Assembly: GCA_951406725.2 (NCBI GenBank)
Contig: OX597826.1
Coordinates: forward strand, 63,736,001-63,800,000
Direction: 5' to 3'
DNA from: Octopus vulgaris
Taxonomy: Eukaryota
Length of the DNA: 64,000 bases
Part shown: positions 37,870 to 52,597 of the stretch, in pieces
Layout: each line of letters opens with the position of its first letter
Numbering within the stretch: position 1 is the first letter of the stretch
Translations under genes and position numbers: made by a program
Notes under the pieces: model-generated
Told to the model about the DNA's origin: nothing
Database searches by the model: none
Seen by the model: only the letters and a program-made list of their open reading frames with translations

Positions 37870-40070
37870 CAATAACAGTAACCCTTTCTATCACAGACAC
37901 AAGGTCTGAAATTCTGGGGGAGGGGACAAGTCAATTACATTGACCCCCCCAGTGTTTCACTGGTACTTAATTTATCAACCCCAAAAGGATGAAAAGCAAA
38001 GTCAACCTCAGCAGAATTTGAACTCAGAATGTAGCAACAGGTGAAATGTCGCTAAGTGTTTCACCTGGTGTGCTAACAATGGTGTGCTAACACTACCTTC
38101 TGGTGTGCTAACACTACCTTCTTAATAATAACAACAATCTACATCACGATATTGGATACAGTACAATGTCTTCTATAATAATAATAATAATAACAACAAT
38201 AATGATTTAGGCATCAGGTTGACAACTTAAAGAAAGTGTGTAATCAATTAAATCAACTTCAATGCTTGAATGATACATTATTTTATCAAACCTAAAAAGA
38301 TGAAAAGCAAGATGGACCTTAGCAGGATTTTAACTTAGAATGTAGAGTACTAAAACAAATACTGCAAGGCCTTTTGTCCCATGATCTAATGAATCTGCCA
38401 ATCCAGTACCATAATAATAAAAATGCACCCTTTTAAAGCCTAGCCAGGCTCATGGGCCCGGTTTCCCGGTTTCTATGGCATATGTGTTCCCCAGCTGCAC
38501 AGGATGCCAATCCATCGCAGCATTACTCATTTTTGCCAGCTGAGTGGACTGGAGCAACGTGAAATGAAGTGTTTTGCTCAAGAGCACAACGTGTCGCCCA
38601 GTCCAGGAATCGAAACCACGATGTTACGATCATGGTGCTGACACTCTAACCACTAAGCCACATGATAATAATTCTTTCTACTATAAGTATAAAGCCTGAA
38701 ATTTGGTGAGGGTAGGTAAGTCAATTACACTGATTCCAGTGCTCAACTGGTACTTATTTTAAGGACCCTGAAAGGATGCAAGACAAATGTCAACCTTGGC
38801 GGATTGTGAATTCTGTGCATAGAGCTGAAAGAAATGCCATAATACATGCTAGTGATTCTAGATCAGATATAGTTGTCAGAAATCACCAAGAAAAGAAATG
38901 CCTTCTAATCAATGTATCAATACTAACAGACGACAATGTATCTCTAAAAGAAATAGAGAAACTCACAAAATACAAAGATCTGGAAATAGAGGTAAGCTGA
39001 ATGTGGAGCCTAAAAACAGAAACAATCCCTATAATAATAGGTGCATTTGGTATGATTAAAAAATATTCAAACAAATACATAGCTAAAACACCAGGACTTA
39101 CGAATGCATATAACATACAGAAAATAGCACTACTAGGCACCACACATATTCTCGTAAAGCACTTTCAATACAGTGAAAATAAGAGCACCACAACAAACCA
39201 CAGCACATACCCAAGATACACAGAACTGCACTCAGTAGTGCAGTGAAAACACATGATAAAAATAAGACTACTGAAAAATGACAATAATAATTTAAAATTT
39301 TGGTACAAGTCTAGCAAGTTTGGAGGAGAGTGTAAGTCAATAATATGGACCCCAGTACTTGACTGGTACTTATTTCATTGACCCCGAAATAATAATAATG
39401 GTTTCTGATTTAGGCACAAGGTTTAAATTTTGAAGGAGGCAGTGGGTTAGTCAAGAACATCAACTCCAGTATATAACTGATACTTTATTGACCCTGAATA
39501 GAAGTAAAGCAAAGTCGAGCTCAGTAAGAGTTGAATTCAGAATGCAAAAAGCCAGAGGCATTTTTCCTGATACTCAAAGGAATCTGCCAATCAGCAGCAG
39601 CAACAACAGCAATCAACTTCAACAACAGCCCCGACAACAACAACAAAGAAACACACCAACTACTACAACCAAACCTAAATCTGTTGAAAATAATAATAAT
39701 AATAATAATAATAATTTTCCTAATTTAGACTCAAAGTCAGCAACTTTGAGGGGAACAGTTTAGTTGATACACCCAACCCAGGTGCTGAATTGATACTTTA
39801 TGTTATTAACCTCGGAGGAATAAAAAGTCAAGTTGATCTTAGGAGGTTTTGAACTTGCAATGTAAAGAGTAAGAAAAACACCACAAAGCACTTTTACAAT
39901 ACTCTAATGATACCACCAATTTACCTACTTTAAAATACTAATAACAATAATAATAATTGTTTCTAATGTAGAGACAAAGCTTGAGTTTTGAGGGGATGAG
40001 CAAGTCGGTCAAGTAGACCAACTTCAGTGCTTGATTGGTACTTTATTTTATCAACCCCAAAGGGATGGTG
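37870..40070 (-). mobile_element. Cluster of mostly antisense family-B SINE copies with (TAA)n/(CAA)n spacers and nested elements
   Basis: Repeated ctggtacttatttt..gaccccgaaaggatgaaaggcaaagtcaacct..gaatttgaactcagaa. Confidence 0.75.
38860..39292 (+). mobile_element. R4/Dong-type non-LTR retrotransposon 3' end (restriction-like endonuclease domain)
   Basis: RSDIVVRNHQEKKCLLINVSILTDDNVSLKEIEKLTKYKDLEIEVS*MWSLKTETIPIIIGAFG..IQKIALLGTTHIL follows the RPD..D..K..KY RLE pattern; ends in a short (TAA)n. Confidence 0.9.
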
Positions 40071-40790
40071 ATGATAATGACAATTATGATTGATTGATTG
40101 ATTGATAAATGGATGGATGGATGAGTGTGTACCCCATCACCGCTTGATAATTTGTGTTGGTTAGTTTACATATTCATAACTTAGCAGTTCAGCAAAAGCA
40201 ACCAACGGAATAAGTAGCAAACTTTAAAATAAGTATTGCAATTGATTTGTTTGAATCAAGCATTCAAGGCACTGCTCCAGTATGACCGCAGGGTAATGGC
40301 AAACAAGTAAAAGCTAAAAGATAAACCCACTGCCTTTACTGATCCATAATAAAAGCCTTCTTCTCACACAGGGCCAGAAATTTTATGAGTAAGTAACATA
40401 AGACTGTGTAACAATTAAGTCTTTTTTTTTTTTCTCCTTCTTGGAAATCACTGCATAAGTGAAACGAATCAGCATCAACTGATATCAACAACAACAACAG
40501 CAGCAGCTATGGTAAGAACAACAACTAGCAATTAAGAGCAGGTAGAGAATAGAACAAGGAAAACTTTGAAAAACAGAAGATAGAAGAAATCAAAACAGAT
40601 TAGAAATCTCCAATCAATGGCAAGCAGCAGACACACCAAGAATCTCACCATGCATAAAACCACACCAACACACACATGTATACACCTCAAGAAATACTAC
40701 ATGCAATTAAAACCCACGCAGAGACATATATTAATAAAGGTTTTCATATAGGTGCGTGTGATTATACATACATACATACATATATGTATG

Positions 40791-40822
<32 letters not shown>

Positions 40823-40824
40823 TG

Positions 40825-40866
<42 letters not shown>

Positions 40867-43683
40867 CACACATACATACATACACATAGACAGACACAGA
40901 TAAATAGATAAGTATGTATTTATATAAAATTTGCAGCTGCACCTACACATAGCCATACAAACGACCTACACATTAGTACACTCCTACACAAATGTGCCTA
41001 CTCATAGCTATAAAAAATAATTTAGAATACATTCGTTAAATGTGTTCGTTCAACGAAAAGAAAAGCTTCATTCTAAGTAATAGATGATTTGCTGCAAGTC
41101 TGGTCTATCATCTAATTGACTTTGAGTTCAAATTTCAACATTAGTACTGTGCACTCTTGGAAAAGGTAGTTAACTCTCATTAGCCCAATCCATTAAGTTG
41201 TAAGCACACAGGTACCAAGGTTTGCTGTAAATAATATAATTGATGGATTCATCAGCTTGCAGTGTTGAACATAAATCACATCTAGAAGCCATGCAATTTC
41301 ATTAAGTAGTTACAGTATCTACAACAACTGCTTCCGGAAACTGTAACGCTAAAAGGATAACTTATTGAAGATAGAGCTTACATTTAGAATTGTAGGAACA
41401 GAGGATGACTTAGTTAACAATGTGCTAGGCAGACATCTAAGAAGTTCTTGGCAAAATCTGATACAGTGACCAACGTACACCACTCAGCAGCCTAGACCAC
41501 CTAATTGTTATTCGAATGACTCATTGCTGTAAGAATTGATTCTGCTTTAACCCTTTTGTTAACCATATTTCTGCAGAAATGCAGACTCTGTTCCAATTAA
41601 CATTGAATATAATGAGAAATACAGGAAATTGTTGTCAGTATTAAGTCAGATTTTGATGCAAAGTTTTAACTTAGATCACTTTAGAACAGGAAGTTGGCAT
41701 CACAAAACCAGGGGCAGTATTGGGCAGGTTGGTGTGAAAAACCTGCCAAACTTAATAAGACTTGCAGAAATGAGTATAATTCCACTAGTGGGCTTAGACC
41801 ATAATGGACTAGCTAATGAGACAGAATAGAGAGTAAGTGGTGGTGGTGATACATAACCAGCCAGCTCTGAGGAACAGAGACCATTCTTGTAGGAGTAGAA
41901 AATGTTGAGAGATAAAGCCTGCTTGAAAACCATATGGTGTTTTTTGTTTTTTTTAACAACTTTATGTCAGTCAGTCATGTGGTTTCTCTTTGAATGTGTT
42001 GTGGTATGGTTGTGTGTGTGTGTGTGTGCATATATCAACAGCTCATGTGGTATTGCCACCAAGAAATGCAGATTTTCCATCTTTCACATAGATTCTTTTA
42101 TATACATGTGTGTGTGTATCATCATTATCATCATTGTTTAACAAGCATTTTCCATGCAGGCATGGGTTGGAAGACTTGAAAGGAGCTGCACAAAGTTCCA
42201 AAGTCTATTTTGGCTTGGTTTCTAAAGTTGGATGTCCTTCCTAACACCAACCACTTTACAGAGTGTATTGGGTGCTTTTTATGTGGCACCAGCACCATGT
42301 GTGTGTGTGTATCTGTGTGTATAAATATATATATATATATACATATATATACACACATATGTGTGCGTGTGTATGTAAGTATATATGTATGTATGTATAG
42401 GTGCATGGCTCAGTGGTTAGAGCGTCAGGCTCACAATCATGGGGTAGTGAGTTCAATTCTCAAACCATGCTGTGTGTTGTGTTCTTGAGCAATGACACTT
42501 TACTTCACTTTGCTCCAGTTCACTCAACTGTAGAAATGAGTTGTGACGTCACTGGTGCCAAACTGTATGGGCCTTTGCCTTTCCTTTGGATAACATCAGT
42601 GGCATGCAGAGGGGAACCTGGTATGCATGGATGACTGCTGGTCTTCCATAAAAACCCTTGCCCGGACTTGTGCCTTGGAGGGTAACTTTACACCTTCTCC
42701 TTGACTTACAACCTATGCGACTTATGACCACAAAAAATAAATTTAAAAAAAATAAATTTTCAGACATTGGGCAGGTATGCATATGTTAACTATGACAGCA
42801 TCTGGCAATGCAGGCCTCCCTCAGATGTGATTGTAAAGCAAGCTCCATAACCGTAGAGCCATGCCTACATCTGTACAAACATTCAAAACATAGTTCTGTT
42901 CAACAAGAGGAAAAAATGCAGTATATACTTATTATATGCTGCTCCCTGGCTAAGAGAGGGAAATGGGTGGTTGGCAAAGTGAAGATTCGCTTATCACATA
43001 TGCCAACACCAGTAATCATTATCATCACAATCTACATCATGAAGATTATAATCACCAGCAGCAGCAGCAGCAGTAGCAGAATCTTTGTCATGATTGTTTC
43101 TGTTGGTGCCATCATCATCATCACTCTTGCTACAATCACCATCACCATTGTCCTCAAATTAACAAGAGATCCTGCACAAAGTCATACGACTTGCTAGAAA
43201 TAGCAGCCCAGTGTCCTTAAAATCACATTTTACCATCTTAAAAAGAGTCCCTGATAAATATAAAAAGAAGAGATTGTCACAACTGAATCATTTTAAATTG
43301 TACAAGTCTGATTAATTAGACTGACCAAGAGCTAAATCACAACTATCACCATAACCCTACCACTACCACCACCATCTGAATCACCATCACAACCGCCACC
43401 ACTATCACTACCACCATTACTACCATTAGCTCACCACTACCATAAGCCCACAATTACCATCACTACCACAACCACCACTATCATCATTTTTAGAGTCCTG
43501 GATATATTCTAGACTAAACAAAGTGGGCAAAGTATCTACCCATAATGTAATTTAGTCTGCTTTCGCTTCCCTCTTTAGAATATATATTTATTTACTCCTA
43601 TTCTCGTGAATAAAAAAAAGTTCTTAGAAGGTAGAGGATACAATAGAAAACAAATCTATCCACTTTCAACCTTTATCACATCA

Positions 43684-43697
43684 GTCACCATAGTAAC
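43684..43697. promoter_or_regulatory. Second X-box-like motif GTCACCATAGTAAC
   Basis: Fits GTNRCC-N2-RGYAAC. Confidence 0.3.
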
Positions 43698-45857
43698 AGT
43701 GTTCTCTATTTCATAGTTCATTAATCAGTACAATGAAATTTCCAGTGTTCCAAATAGTTGTTTTTCATAATTGAATAATCGACCATGAAAATGGTAATGG
43801 GTGTCTGTGACTACCACACACGTTGTTGTGATGGTTATTTCTTTCACATTGAGCAATGCTTATGTAAGCACCCTCAGGTCTCAAATTTGTCAAGAAGATT
43901 GTGGGATGTTTTTAACATATTGTCTTATATTTCTCTCAAAATGAAATTGCTGCAACAAGGAAGGAATTGAAACTGAGTGGTTACAGAATTAATTTGCCAA
44001 AGGCTGTGATTATAAGAAACTGCATCTGAAGTGTATATTTTATAAATGTAAGGGATGTTATTTCTAGATTAGCATAAGCCTTCAACTCCAGACACTTTTT
44101 TTAAAAACAAATTTGAAGTAAAATTTAATTTACAAAGTAGGAACCTATTTTCTATACCCCTGTATCACTAACAGATTTATGCTAGAATGTCTTATATTTA
44201 TACATAGCAAACATCATCATCAGCATTTAACAACTATTTCTCCATGCTTGCATAGGTCAGACAAAATTTGTTGAAGCAGGTTTTCTACAGCAAGATGCCC
44301 TTTTGTTCCAAGCAAGATAATATTTTCCCATAGGTAAACATGTTTCTCATGGAAGACTGTAAACAAACAACATTACTCATAAGACAATAATGGTTATTTA
44401 CAACCATCACAATATCTACACAAGGGTACACATAAATATAAGCACATGATGGGCTCCTTTCAGATTCCATCTACCAAATCCTTTCACAAGGCTTTGGTTG
44501 ACCCATGGCTATAGTAAAAGACATCTGCCCATAGAGCAACATTGTGGGACCAAGACCAAGATCATATGATTGGGAAATAAGCTTCTTGACCAAACAGCCA
44601 TGCCTCCACCTATACATGGTATGTACAACTTCAAAAGTAACCTTCAACTAGAGGTAAAAATAAAAGAGTTGTACATAACATATATAACACATATATGTAC
44701 CTAGCAACGATAGAGAAATGGATGGTTGATGAAGTGGAGAGTTACTTCTAACTACCAACACCTGTAATAATTAGCATCATAATCACCATCAGATATATGC
44801 ACCCACTACACTCACGGAGTGGTTGGCGTTAGGAAGGGCATCCAGCTGTAGAAACACTGCCAGATCAGACTGGAGCCCGGTGCAGCCTTCTGGCTTCCCA
44901 GACCCCTGTCAAACCGTCCAACCCATGTTAGCATGGAAAATGGACATTAAACGATGATGATGATGATATCAGATTTATGACATCTGGTAAATCACTGAGC
45001 TTGTGGCACTTGTTACACCAAACCAGTACAAATTTGAATAATGAGCTACTGAGACTAGTTTAGCTCACTAAAATAATAATAAACTCCTCTTTACTCTGCA
45101 TTGTCTCTGCTCATTTAAGGTAAGGGTCCAGTGTATGGCAATAGCAACATCCTATTAATGTTTGGCACCTTGAGTGTCTTCTACTATAGCCTCAGGCCAA
45201 CCAAAGCCTTGTGAGTGAATTTGGTCTGTGTTTGTCTCCCCACCACCTTCGCTTGACAACCAATGCTGGTGTGTTTATGTAACTTAGCAGTTCGACAAAA
45301 GCGACTGAGAGAATAAGTACTAGGCTTACAAAGAATAAGACCTGGGTGGGGGAACGATTTCTTTGATTAAAACTCTTTATGGTGGTGCCCCAGTGGGGCC
45401 ACAGTCAAATGACTGAAACAAAAGAATTAAAAAAATAATAATATTCCAATATGTGTGTGTATGTGCATGTAGCTTTCTTACTATCACATATATTTGAGTA
45501 TGCAAGCAGTACTACTATGTGTGTGACTGTAGCTGTAGCGCTGTCCCATATACATGAGTACTATTCTCACATGTGAGTGCAGAACTCAAATCATCTCACA
45601 TGAGTGAAAAGTACTCCAGTATATATGTGTGTGTGAGTGAGTGAGTATATGTGTGTAGCAGTTATATCATCCCATATACTTGTGCACTGCTCCAATATGA
45701 CTATATATGAGGGAGGGTGTATATATTCAAATACATCATGAAGTTAAAAAGCCATTAAGAATAACACCATTAGATTTACCTTTAACATATTAGACATTGC
45801 TACATTTACCTCTAATCATCTGTTCCCTAGCAGTCATTGCAGACTTTGTTTAAGTAT

Positions 45858-46252
45858 TTAACCCTTTTGTTACCAACCCGGCTGAAACCGGCTCTGGCTC
45901 TGTGTACAAATGTCTTGTTTTCATAAGTTTTGAATTAGAATCTTCCACCAAACCTTAGTCACAATTTATGTTCCTAAAACTAGCTTAATAATAACTAAGT
46001 TATTTTACTAAATTCTTTATTATACTTTGGTATTCAGATTACTCTGTCAAATTTAATATTTTTTTTTTAAAATCACATAGTTTTGAATTAATCATGCAGT
46101 ATCTTGTAACTTTGAGATTTTAAATGAGGTGACTGTATATTTTTAGAATGACATTGTTGGGAAGGTACCAGAGGCCAGATTTTGACAGCTTGAACATAAA
46201 ACTAGGTGAATATTCAGGTCAGAAATGGCCGGTTTAAATGCTAAAGGGTTAA
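45858..46252. mobile_element. TTAA-flanked (piggyBac-type) MITE, chimeric between two families
   Basis: ttaacccttttgttacc start and ctaaagggttaa end. Left part matches 53990-54125; right part matches 24705-24900. Related copies at about 41547-41780, 59225-59443 and 60354-60642. Confidence 0.7.
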
Positions 46253-46399
46253 ACTCAAGCACACCTCTTTTGTGTGTGCATGATATAGGAGAGGAAGACT
46301 TCAACAAGCCAATTCTACCACCTGCTTCATGTCACTTAGGTCATTGACACTCAATGCTGTGATCAGCAGCATTTTCTCTTACAATAAATCCTTAGAATT

Positions 46400-46690
46400 A
46401 TCATCGTCACCATTAACCCTGGGAAACTACTGACTCAAGTGCTGGGACTGAGGAATTACAACCGTGTTTCGTGGTCTGCTATCACAACAGCTCCTTTATA
46501 GGATCCAGTTAGCTCAAGACATCATCAGGACGAACCACATCCAGTTTCGGCCCCTACTCCTCTACTGTTTTGACGTGGCAGGGCACCCCCTTTCAAAGGT
46601 GTCTTCAGCTCTGGTGTTGGGTGCATGTCTTCTTTCTTCTGTTCCCTGGCCTCTTCGATGTATCGTCAGCGAGTGTCAGCCGGTGACTGA
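46400..46690 (-). mobile_element. Possible decayed LINE 3' fragment
   Basis: GC-richer block ending in gatgat on the minus strand; no clean motif recovered. Confidence 0.3.
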
Positions 46691-47029
46691 CTGTCTTGTC
46701 AAATTTCTCCCTTTAAATTTGTTGGTTGCTTATTTTCCATAGTCTATAAATGGTGAAAATCACAATACTCCCACTGAACAAGATGCCAGTCCATCACAGG
46801 GTTTCTCGTTTACAGGTGAGAGGACTGGAGCAATGTGAAATGAAGTGCTTTGCTCAAAACTACAGTGAGCTACTCAGTCCAGGAATCGAAACCATGATCT
46901 TGTAATCATGAGTGCATATCCTAACCACCAGGCCATGTATGTATCGTCACTCTTGGAATTATGACCATCAGGCTCTTTTTGACTTTTACATTTCCTAAGC
47001 TACTTACCAATACCGATGCCTGTGTGTAA

Positions 47030-47387
47030 GACACTCTCTTTACTCTATTACTTGTTTCAGTCATGCGGCCATGCTGGAGCACCACCTTTAGTCGAACAAC
47101 TCGACCCCGGGACTTATACTTTTGTAAGCCCAGTACTTATTCTATCAGTCTCTTTTGCCGAACCGCTAAGTGACGGGGACATAAACACACCAGCATCGGT
47201 TGTCAAACACAGGGGACAAACACAGACACACGGGCTTCTTTCAGTTTCCATCTACCAAATCCACTCACAAGGCTTTGGTTGGCCCAAGGCTATAGTGGAA
47301 GACACTAACCCAAGGTGCCACGCAGTGGGACTGAACCCGGAACCATGTGGTTGGTAAGCAAGCTACTTACCACACAGCCACTCCTGC
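47030..47387 (-). mobile_element. Family-A SINE lacking the central microsatellite
   Basis: Matches 13286-13700. Further near full-length copies at about 56575-56965 and 59955-60333. Confidence 0.85.
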
Positions 47388-47549
47388 ACACATTTCTTTA
47401 TTCTTAAATGCAACAAACAATTGGCATACATATAATGCAAAGGTATTACAGAAGGGATACCAAGTGTACGAATGTATGATCCATTTTTTTTTTTTTTAAA
47501 TATACTTTTTTCTACAAAAATGTAGGAATATTCTCCCATTTTATGTTCA

Positions 47550-47945
47550 AAGCTCAGAATGAATGACCACATTCTCAGATAACTGATGTATGGTGAGCTG
47601 AAGGAAGGTACAAAGCAACAAGGAAGACCCAAGTTGAGATATAAGAACAGCCTAAAGGGCAACCTAAAGCAGTGTGACATCCAGCCTTGCAAACTCGAGA
47701 CCACAATCACAAACAAGGCTACCAGGAGGGTCAACCACCTACACTGCTGTAGCTGCTTTTGAAGAGGACAAACGTCACAGGGCCACATCATCCTCAGTCC
47801 CAACCACACACTACCAATGTCCAGCCTGTAGGCACCTGTGTGCTTCTGGCCTTGGGCTGTGGAGCCACATGTATTCCCACCACTGACTGCTGAGGTCACA
47901 TGCTTATGAGACCACAGAGATCGATGGACTACCAAGAAGAAGAAT
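47550..47945 (+). mobile_element. RTE-clade LINE 3' end with C2H2-like finger and (AAG)n tail
   Basis: LMYGELKEGTKQQGRPKLRYKNSLKGNLKQCDI...YQCPACRHLCASGLGLWSHM, then gatggactaccaagaagaagaa. Confidence 0.9.
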
Positions 47946-48683
47946 ATACTACAGTAGATTTAACAGTATATTTTGGTTCTGTTATGTAATATAACAGTAA
48001 ATGCCAAATAAAGAAACATTTATAATTAAGAGAAATATTTCTTGATGCCATTCAGAAAGCTACGCATGTCATACTGACCCTCTGTTTCTTCACCCCCAAC
48101 TAATATTATAATGAAGGTTCTTGTCTATATTAAGAAATTGTACAGTTATATGATTTTTGGGTTGTTGTTTTTATTCTCTTCACACTTTAATCACTGAAAA
48201 TATGCCAGGAAGACAGAAAAAGAAAAAGAAAACAAAACAGGAACTTAAAACATCTGACAATGAAAGATCAATAGCAAATAGCAACAACCCTCACTGAAGC
48301 AGACTGGCAAAGAGAAAGAAGCCTTCTACACTAGCTTCATGCAATATATATATGTGTGTATATATATATATATATAAGTATGGAGGGGATTGAAGAGTGT
48401 GCAAGTAGATCGACAAAAATAAACTTTCTATAATATGTAGCAATGAGGATAAAGCTTATCTCGCAATTAATATTAGCCACTGAACAGGTAATATACTTAT
48501 ACACACTTATACACATGTCTCAACCTCATTTAATGTCTGTCTTCCTTGCTGGCATATACATATGTATGTGTGTGTGTGTGTGTGTGGTTGCATGCATGTA
48601 TACTGAAACACATTATCCATACATGCATAAATACAATAAATAAAGATACATACATACACATATACATGTTTCACTTATAGAGA

Positions 48684-48990
48684 CATCATCATCATCATCA
48701 TCGTTTAACGTCCGCTTTCCATGCTAGCATGGGTTGGACAATTTGACTGAGGAGTGGCGAACCAGATGGCTGTACCAGGCTCCAATCTTGATCTGGCAGG
48801 GTTTCTACAGCTGGATGCCCTTCCTAATGCCAACCACTCTGAGAGTGTAGTGGGTGCTTTTACGTGCCACCGGCACAAGGTCCAGTCAGGCGGTACTGGC
48901 AATGGCCATGCTCAAATGGTGTTTTTTTACGTGCCACCTGTACAGAAGCCAGTCCAGTGGCACTGGCAACGACCTCACTCGAATGTTTTT
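48684..48990 (-). mobile_element. RTE-associated (GAT)n-tailed retroposon
   Basis: Same family as 7634-8203. Others at about 14185, 42125, 44800, 49440, 50405, 57150 and 62810. Confidence 0.85.
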
Positions 48991-49078
48991 TTTACACATG
49001 TATTTATACATATATTCACAAATATATGCATATACACATATATGTGCTTATTATGTAGGAATGTAATATATATGCATC

Positions 49079-49139
<61 letters not shown>

Positions 49140-49776
49140 CTAAAACCCATTCTCCCAATCTTCTATGTTACCCTATTTCTTCCACTTGGTCCTCTGCTGA
49201 ACTGATTGTCCAAATCGCTCACTATCTGATTATTTGTTACACAAATTTCAATCAATGCACTTACCTATACATCCACCTTTTCTGCTCTTCTTGTGCCTGG
49301 ACCTCACATCTCTCTCATTCTCTTTCCAAGTAGGCAAGCCATGTATTAACCTCTTCAGCTGACACCTACTCCTAGTCCCTCAATCATATTTTCTTATGCT
49401 TCTATTCTTTACCCCACTCAGTCTAAGAGACTTATCTTGCAGGTACTTGGTGACCTTACCGGTGCAATTGCTAGATAAAAAGCACCCAGTACACTCTGTT
49501 TATTGGTTGGCTTTAGGAAGGACATACAGCTGTAGAAACTATGCCAAAACAAACTGTGAGCTTGGCACAACCCTGTGGCTCACCTGTTCTTGTCAAATCA
49601 TCCAACCCATGCCACAATGGAAAGAGAGATTTTAAATGATGATGATGATTATTTATATATAAGTATGCTGATGCAAACAGGGAAAATAGAACTCAAAATA
49701 TGAGTATATGTATATTTTTATTAATATTTCACAGAAGTAACAGAATGACTCAAGGTCCAAGAGTTTTGTGTGCTTG

Positions 49777-49830
<54 letters not shown>

Positions 49831-50276
49831 ACAAACTATTAGAATCTCTAGCATGCCAGACAAAATGTTTGGCAGCATTTTGTCCTTTCCGTTCTGAGAT
49901 CAAATTTACCTTTGATGGTCAATAAAATAAGTATCAGCTGATCACTGGGGGTCAACGTAATCAACTAAACCCCTCCTTTGAAAGCTATTGGCTTTGTACC
50001 AGAAGGTGCGAGACTTAGAGGTTAGGATATTGCACTCACGAGATCAGAGTTTCAATTCCCAGACAGGCAATGATTTAGCTCTTGAGCAAAATACTTAATT
50101 TCATGTTGCTCTAGTCCACTCAGCTGTCAATGTAACAGTCTGGCATTCCATTCAGGGGGGAATGTTGGCCTGCCAACCTAGACAGCTGGAGTGACATCGT
50201 TTAAAAGCAAAAACAATGTGGAGCACATGGTGACCAGCTGTTGTGAATAACAACATTCAATAATTTGGTCGATAGA

Positions 50277-50355
<79 letters not shown>

Positions 50356-50859
50356 CACGTGATCACGTGACCGACCATGCACCTCCACTTGGCCAAGAAG
50401 TAGGTTCATCCGCTTTCCATGCTAGCATGGGTTGGACGGTTCAACTGGGGTCTGTGAAGCCAGAAGGCTGCACCAGTCCCAGTCTGATCTGGCAGTGTTT
50501 CTACAGCTGGATGCTCTTCCTAATGCCAACCACTCCGTGATGTAGTGGGTGCTTTTTACGTGCCACCGGCACAGGTGCCAGATGAGGCTGGCAAACGGCC
50601 ACGATCGGATGGTGCTTTTTACGTGCCACCGGCATATATATATATATGAGTAGATAGAGAAATGCAAAGCTGTGTGGTTCAGAAGCTTGCTTACCAACCA
50701 TATGGTCTTGGGTTCAAACCCACTGTATGACACCTTGGGTAAGTGTCGTTTATTACTCCAGGTTAACCAGACTAGTGAGGGGATTTGATAAATATGTGTG
50801 TATGTGTGTGTGTACATATATATATATATATATATGAGGGATGGTATTATTAAACTATC

Positions 50860-50892
<33 letters not shown>

Positions 50893-51010
50893 TAGCATGG
50901 AAGGTGGACATTAAACGATGATGATGATATATATACGTACATATATGCATACAAACATGCATATATATACACGCACCCAAACGTGTATATGTATATACAT
51001 ACATATATAT

Positions 51011-51118
51011 ATAGGATGGTCTAAAAGTCCCGAAGTTGGTAGAACAGCTGAAGCCACCAGATTATGCACCCATATCACAATACGCAGTCAGGCTTCGTGA
51101 CTTCTGGCCCACCCTCTA
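51011..51118. mobile_element. Tc1/mariner-type ~105-bp MITE
   Basis: Imperfect TIRs taggatggtctaaaagtcccgaag / cttcgtgacttctggcccaccctcta in a TA context. Confidence 0.6.
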
Positions 51119-51190
51119 CATATCATACACACATTATATGCATCTATTTATACAAATTGATACACACACATTTTTAATAATATTTACCAG

Positions 51191-51233
<43 letters not shown>

Positions 51234-52573
51234 TTCGTATGAGTGTATAGATAGATACATAGATACGTAATGAAACAATCTTATAAACATACATATGCAT
51301 ATACACCCTCACATGCACATATATACACACATACATATATATTATGGACGATCTGAATCAACAGCAGGTCCGCATATTTTTTCTGACCTTTATCTAAATT
51401 ATTCAGGAATAGAACCCTTACATAATACATTCTATTTTCTTCACCTGTTCAACGCTAAATATCACATGATGACAGCTCAAGAGTTAGCCAGACACATACA
51501 AATAATAATAATAATAGTAATAGTAATGATAATAAATGTGCGTATAAATAAAGGATTGAAAATAGGAACAGCTTCCTGTGACGATTCGATCAATCATGAA
51601 ACTTCGATGAGCTTCGTTATATGTGGACATGGAAAGGATAGGTAGATATGAATAAAAATGAGGACTTTGATTATTTTTTTTCCTCCGTGCCATCATACAA
51701 CAGAGAAAAATATATACATTGAATATACTTAGAAAGAATTTCTAGTTCATTTGAGAAATCGATAAACAATAAATTGACAGAGAGAATAAGAAGAAAAAAA
51801 ATTCTAGTTGTTAGGTAGCTTGTTAGATCGGTGCCTATGTATTTTATTTATAGAAGCGAATAATAAACGTAATTGTTTAGAGATGAAAATATATGTTCAT
51901 CTGCTTGCTATAATTGTAAAGAGCAAATAATACTCATGCTATATAGCTCTTTATTTTGCTTAATATTCTACTAATGTGTCAAATTATAATACATTAACAT
52001 ATACGCCCACAAAATAAAAAGAAAAAAAAGTAAATAAAATGTTATTTTTAAAAATTGAACTCTGTTTTTGATATTCTTAAGAAAAACATAGCTACGTGTG
52101 TTAACAATAGATATAATATTGAGTAACACAGAAGGGTGGGTGATGATCTCATAAGAAAAAGAAACAAAACCTGAGTGTAAATTATGATAAATAAAACAGG
52201 TGTATGAATGTATATATATATAAAGAAATATACATATATGTGCATGAAATTGTTTCAGTTTCATATCTATAGCTTTTATATTTATCTTCACTGACATTCA
52301 GAACTGATAATTAACGGGTAAGCTTCTAAAACGGTAATGGTAAATCTAGTTAAATGGGATAATTAATTATTTGGTCACAGGTATCAACTGTTGTCAAGTG
52401 AGTGGCCGGTTAATTTGTGCTGAAGCATTTCAGAGCAATTCTTGAAAAAATTCACTCGCAGAAATATTCTTATATAATTAACCATGTGTAGAAAAAAATG
52501 CAAATATTTTCCTTTAAATATCACGAATTCGAATGACATAGTCGCACGTAAATGCATTGCCACGTTTACTAAC

Positions 52574-52597
52574 CTTAGAAGTCCTGATAAATTCCAT
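52574..52597 (-). CDS. MTMR6: First coding exon (MEFIRTSK, phase 0) of a myotubularin-related phosphoinositide 3-phosphatase, MTMR6/7/8 subfamily; remaining exons presumably lie left of the window
   Basis: Minus strand reads ATG GAA TTT ATC AGG ACT TCT AAG followed by donor gttagt. The 8-codon phase-0 exon matches human MTMR6 MEHIRTTK and MTMR7 MEHIRTPK from memory. It lies in a CpG-retaining region head-to-head with an FG-nucleoporin exon. Only 8 aa are visible. Confidence 0.8.

Noticed and set aside
38067-38122. Short tandem triplication tggtgtgctaaca
   Set aside because: Local slippage within a SINE head; no functional indication.
50355-50370. Double E-box palindrome tcacgtgatcacgtga
   Set aside because: Appears to be the tail of a SINE family (compare the decayed version at about 23945-23965), not a unique regulatory site.
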